DNA of 62,856 nt, the filler included, from Eubacteriales bacterium (GTDB lineage Bacteria > Bacillota > Clostridia > Oscillospirales > CAG-382): NCBI GenBank assembly GCA_045636665.1. It is 4 parts of 3 records of this genome, joined end to end, with 100 filler letters (N's around TTAATTAATTAA, not from the genome) between each part and the next. Parts side by side here need not be neighbours in the genome. Positions count along the whole stretch, not along the records: positions 34,957 to 60,056 come from JAZTXY010000086.1; positions 60,157 to 62,856 come from JAZTXY010000092.1; 2 more parts are not named here. The stretch is one strand, 5' to 3'. Positions 58,494-62,856 of the stretch are shown here, one piece after another. Position numbers and translations under genes: made by a program. The notes below the pieces were generated by a model. That model was given only the letters and a program-made list of their open reading frames with translations. It was not told the origin of the DNA and made no database searches. Each line of letters starts with the position of its first letter. Positions within the stretch are counted from its first letter, which is position 1.

Positions 58494-60056
58494 TTAACCG
58501 ATCCAGTTCTTGATCATATCAAGAAGGTTGTTTTCGGCGAATGCCGCAACAGTAACGAGCGAGATGGTGCTCATGATCTTGATAAGAATGTCGAGAGAAG
58601 GACCAACGGTGTCTTTCAAGGGGTCACCGACAGTGTCGCCGACAACTGCAGCGTCGTGAGCGGAGCCGCCCTTCTTTTCGCCTTCAACGCCGCCAACTTC
58701 GATAAATTTCTTACCGTTGTCCCAAGCGCCGCCTGCGTTACCGCAGAAGAGAGCGAGCATGATAGCGGAGATGGTTGCGCCTACGAGAACGCCGCCAACG
58801 AAGCCTGCGCCGAAGATGAAGCCGCAAACTACGGGGAATGCGATACAGAAGATTGCGGGAACGCGCATTTCCTTAAGAGCGCCCTGAGAGGAAATTTCGA
58901 TACAGGTCTTGTAGTCGGGAAGAACTTCGCCTTCCATAAGGCCCTTGATTTCCTTGAACTGACGGCGAACTTCTTCAACCATCTTCTGAGCTGCTTTAGC
59001 AACTGCGTTGATAAGCATACCGGAGAACATGAAGGGAAGTGCTGCGCCGATGATAGCACCAACGAGGATGATGGGATCCATAACGTTGAGGTTAAGCTCG
59101 GTGCCGATTTCACCGTGGTGAGAAGCGAAGATGAACGAGGTCATCATTGCGAGGGTTGCAAGTGCAGCAGAGCCGATTGCAAAGCCCTTACCGATAGCTG
59201 CGGTGGTGTTACCAACAGCGTCGAGCTCGTCGGTGATTTCACGAACTTCGGGTTCGAGATAGGACATTTCTGCGATGCCGCCTGCGTTGTCCGAGATAGG
59301 ACCGTAAGCGTCAACCGAAACGGTTGCTGCAACGAATGCGAGCATACCGATAGCTGCAGCGGATACGCCGTACATACCGGAAAGGAGGTAGGAAGCGTAG
59401 ATAGCAACGCCGAGAACTACGCAAGGGAGCATACAGGAGATCATACCGAGGGAGAGACCCTGGGTGATGGTGAGAGCGGAGCCGTCAACCGATGCCTTGG
59501 AAAGAACCTTGGTGGGCTTATAGTCGTAAGAGGTGTAGTATTCTGCGATCTTACCGATAAGAATACCGGAAACGATACCGATTGCAGCTGCAACGAGAGG
59601 AGATACCCAGCCGATGTTGAAGCTGAGAGTCTTCATGGTGTCAGCATTTGCATCGTTGAATGCAAAGTAAGCTACTGCTGCGCCGAGAGCCATTGTGAGG
59701 CCTGCAGAGATATAGGTAGCACCGTTGAGTTCTTTGTGGGGGTTATCGGAAAGCTTTCTTCTGATGAAGAGGGAAGCGATACCGATGATACAGGAAATAA
59801 GACCTACGCCTGCGAAAGCGAGAGGGAACATGATCATCTTTCTCATCATTTCGGCATCCATGAAGGAAGCGTTTGCGAAAAGCTCGATAGCGAGGATAGC
59901 ACCGGAAAGGAGTGCGCCTACGTAGCTTTCGAGAAGGTCAGCGCCGAGACCTGCAACGTCGCCAACGTTGTCGCCAACGTTATCTGCGATGGTAGCGGGG
60001 TTTCTGGGGTCGTCTTCGGGAATGTGAGCTTCGGTCTTACCAACAAGGTCAGCACC
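58494..60056 (-). CDS. hppA: Membrane-bound Na+/H+-translocating pyrophosphatase (5' end lost at contig end)
   Basis: EDDPRN, DNVGDNVGD, DAYGPISDNAGGIAEMS, DAVGNTTAA, GGAWDNGKK, GDTVGDPLKD. Confidence 0.96.
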   Translation of the reverse strand, partial: GADLVGKTEAHIPEDDPRNPATIADNVGDNVGDVAGLGADLLESYVGALLSGAILAIELFANASFMDAEMMRKMIMFPLAFAGVGLISCIIGIASLFIRRKLSDNPHKELNGATYISAGLTMALGAAVAYFAFNDANADTMKTLSFNIGWVSPLVAAAIGIVSGILIGKIAEYYTSYDYKPTKVLSKASVDGSALTITQGLSLGMISCMLPCVVLGVAIYASYLLSGMYGVSAAAIGMLAFVAATVSVDAYGPISDNAGGIAEMSYLEPEVREITDELDAVGNTTAAIGKGFAIGSAALATLAMMTSFIFASHHGEIGTELNLNVMDPIILVGAIIGAALPFMFSGMLINAVAKAAQKMVEEVRRQFKEIKGLMEGEVLPDYKTCIEISSQGALKEMRVPAIFCIAFPVVCGFIFGAGFVGGVLVGATISAIMLALFCGNAGGAWDNGKKFIEVGGVEGEKKGGSAHDAAVVGDTVGDPLKDTVGPSLDILIKIMSTISLVTVAAFAENNLLDMIKNWIG

Positions 60057-60156
60057 NNNNNNNNNNNNNNNNNNNNNNNNNNNNNNNNNNNNNNNNNNNN
60101 TTAATTAATTAANNNNNNNNNNNNNNNNNNNNNNNNNNNNNNNNNNNNNNNNNNNN
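60057..60156. other. Artificial contig linker
   Basis: N-run containing TTAATTAATTAA. Confidence 0.98.
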
Positions 60157-62549
60157 TCGTTTACAAAGCTGATTGCTTCCTTAGCCACGCCGTCAGTGAG
60201 GTCTGTAAAGTAAGAATCACGTGCGTGTGTTCCGAAATATTCCTTACCGGAAAGAAGATTTGCAGGTACGTCGGGTTCGGGATCAGGGTTGGGTTCGGGA
60301 TCAGGATTAGGTTCGGGATCAACTGCGGATGATTTGTTTTGAGTAACCTCAACCTCATCGATCCAGAAAGCACTGGGCTGTGCGCTGGTGATAACAAACT
60401 TCACGTATCTGGCAGAAACCGATTCGTCTGCCTTGGCGGTAATGGTGTAGGTGCTCCAGGTATTATCCATGGCACCCGTACCGTTTGTGCGAACCGCACT
60501 TCCCAAAGGAGCATTTGCTACCGATTTGAATTCGCCGTTCTGGGTGTCGGAAACGAGCACTTCCATCGACATTACGGAATCGGGAAGTTTAATGCCCCAG
60601 TTTCCGCCTGCCATGTATGCGGTGAAGGTATCGGTGTAACAGGATTTTCCAAGATCAACAACGATTTCAAGAGTATTGTTTGCGGTGCTGTTCCAGCCTG
60701 CGTAGTTGGTCAAACCGCCGTTGGCAGTACCCTTCACACCGTCGGTAAGACGGGTTTTGTCGTCGTCCCAATTGTCGTTTCTGTTTGTTGCGGTAGTGGT
60801 GTAAGTTTTATTAAATGCAAGGTTCGATTCGTCGAAGTTGTTCAATTCTGCACCGAATACGCGGATTTCGCTCGACCAGAAGAAGGCGGTTTTTCCGCTG
60901 GGATCAGCAAAAGTAACGCGTACGTATTTTGCGATCAAATTATTCTTGGTTACAGGAAGATTGAATTCGCGGAATTTCCAGTCGCCGTTTACTTTTTCGG
61001 CAGACATTGTAGAGGTACCTACGTCGGTGAAGGTTTTTCCGTCTTGCGAAATTGCAACCTTGACTTGATAGCCGGCGGGATCGGCAATTCCCCAAGTGCC
61101 GCCGTACATATCAACGCGAACGTTTTTGATATTGTGGAATTTTTCAAGGTCGATAGTAATATCAACCGAGCTGCCTTTCCAGCAACCGTTTGCGGTATCG
61201 CTGCCGTCGATTGCAATAATGCCGTCGGTATACTTGCCGAGAGGTGCGCCGTTGGAAGCGGCATCGGTCCAAGCGCCCGAATATGCAGATCCGTTTACGG
61301 TGTAGCTCTTGTCCTTTGCGATATTTTTGTACGTTACACCGTTTTCGGTATATTCGTTTTCCTGACCGGGGTAAGGATAGCCTTCTTCAACAGCAATTTT
61401 AGCGCACTGCTGAAGCTTTTGTACCATGCTCGAAGACAAATCTGCGGTATAGGTGTTGCCTACGGGGTTTACGCCGAGGTAGGAGTAAAGCCAGGTTGCC
61501 GCGATAAGGTAAGAACCTTCTTTAGAGTGGTGTCCTCCGTCGGACGCGTAAAGAGTGGTGGGGTCGTTATACTTTTCTGCGTAGTGCACGAAAGCGTCTG
61601 CAATAGGAGCGCAAACAAGATCTAAATCTCTAGAGATTTTTGTGTAGTTGTTGTGGTGCTTGATTGCGTTGGTTCTGATTTGGTCAACGGTACTTGCCGC
61701 GGAATAACGCATATAAAGCAAAGCCTCTGCGCCGTTTGCCTTGATCAAAGGCATGATCTTATCTATGGCAGGTTTGGTTCTGTCATAGTTCGCGGAAGCC
61801 GCGTCCTGAAGAACAACGTAGTCGAATTTTCTCGAATTGAGAATGTTGCGTAGGTTTTTACCTGCCTGATGTGAAGAATCTGCGAACCATTCAAGGAAAG
61901 AACTGCCCATTGTGCAGTAGACAACGTCTACTTCGATACCGGCAGCTGCTGCCATAGCCTTGAACTTGATAGGAGAACCGTTGAAGTATGTAGTACTGTT
62001 ACCAACGAAAAGGAAGCTGATTGCATTGCTTGATGCAGGCTTCGGGTTGTTATACTTGATAGTAAGAGTGCTTCCGCTGTAACTTGCGTACAGTTCATAG
62101 ATGACAGACATCGTCGAGTTGTAAAGCATTGCGCCTTCCATAACGACGTCGTATGCCTTCATAAGGTTGGTGTTATTATGGCCGAATGCAACCATAAAAC
62201 CGCCTGCAGGGATAGTTACCGAAAGCTGAGGCGCACCGGTGATAGTAGAGCTGTCGCTGTAAAGGTCGCCGCCGCATTCGACAATTCTGCCTGCGGAGTT
62301 GAATATCATCAATTTGGAATAACGGAAATTGTAGTTGTTCCAATAAATCGTCTTAGCCGAACTACCCGTGTTGGGGTAAAGGTAGACGCCGCCGTGAGGA
62401 CTTGAGGGCGGGGTAGTGTTTGTGCCCGAAATGCTAAAGGAGTAGGTGTTGTCATAAGCCGCTGCCGAAAAAGGAATTGCAAATACGAACATAGTCATAA
62501 GCAATGCCGACAGCACGGTTATGGCAAGGATTTTTTTGAGTGCTTTCAT
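60157..62549 (-). CDS. Secreted SGNH-hydrolase (DUF4886-like) with tandem F5/8-type C (CBM32-like) domains; 3' end lost
   Basis: Signal peptide; LFVGNSTT, FDYVVLQD, DGGHHS..GSY; repeated N.A..K.Y..LTDG..IDL..RYV..E modules; PEPNPD linker. Confidence 0.8.
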
Positions 62550-62727
62550 GCATTTACCTCCGAGAATTTTTTGTTTAATTATTATACACTACTTTTGTAT
62601 AATCGTCAATGGTTTATTTAGGCAACTTCCTACAAAATATTTTATTACATATAAACAATTCATCCACCAAAAAAGAAGCTGCCGCAGGTTTACGCTTGCG
62701 ACAGCGACTTTTAATATTAAGTTTTAT

Positions 62728-62856
62728 TTATGCGGTGTATGTGCCTAACACGATTCTCTTAACGAGCAGATAGTCTACAGTATCAACAGAACCGTTCTTG
62801 TTAACGTCTGCACGAGTAAGTGCATCTTCGTCAAGGTCATAAGTATTCAAGCAGTA
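62728..62856 (-). CDS. 3' end of a dockerin-containing protein (partial)
   Basis: Translates YCLNTYDLDEDALTRADVNKNGSVDTVDYLLVKRIVLGTYTA*, the second Ca-loop/helix of a dockerin. Confidence 0.85.
   Translation of the reverse strand, partial: YCLNTYDLDEDALTRADVNKNGSVDTVDYLLVKRIVLGTYTA

Noticed and set aside
60270..60320. 18-bp tandem repeats
   Set aside because: They encode an ordinary DPEPNP inter-domain linker.

Overview
Chromosomal DNA from a spore-forming Clostridia-class Firmicute, probably an uncultured Oscillospirales-like gut organism (inferred from gene content). Three N-gaps contain a TTAATTAATTAA all-frame-stop linker, so the window is four concatenated contigs (1-29699, 29800-34856, 34957-60056, 60157-62856), and adjacency across gaps is not meaningful. 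Most content is housekeeping or sporulation: guaB, pth, lysC, asd, rpmE, hflX, the rimP-nusA-ylxR-ylxQ-infB-rbfA-nrnA-truB operon, spoIIGA-sigE, spoVT, ytfI/ytfJ, a spoIVFB-like protease, hppA, the SCIFF ranthipeptide locus scfAB, nfeD-flotillin and an MBOAT/DHHW O-acylation locus. There are also several secreted or surface modular proteins, two of them with dockerins. The most unusual region is 15.6-18.0 kb. There tRNA-Arg(CCT) is followed by a 183-bp, heavily palindromic unit ending in a second tRNA-like 3' end, then an AT-rich gene encoding a Vsr/DUF559-like nuclease flanked by seven zinc-ribbon repeats, with no integrase nearby. Also notable are a small GGGGTCCCC hairpin element nested inside other hairpins at two loci, and an NYN-domain gene that appears to start at a non-canonical ATT codon just upstream of the infB operon. 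No CRISPR array, rRNA, transposase, integrase or reverse transcriptase was seen. All calls come from reading the sequence; no database searches were run.
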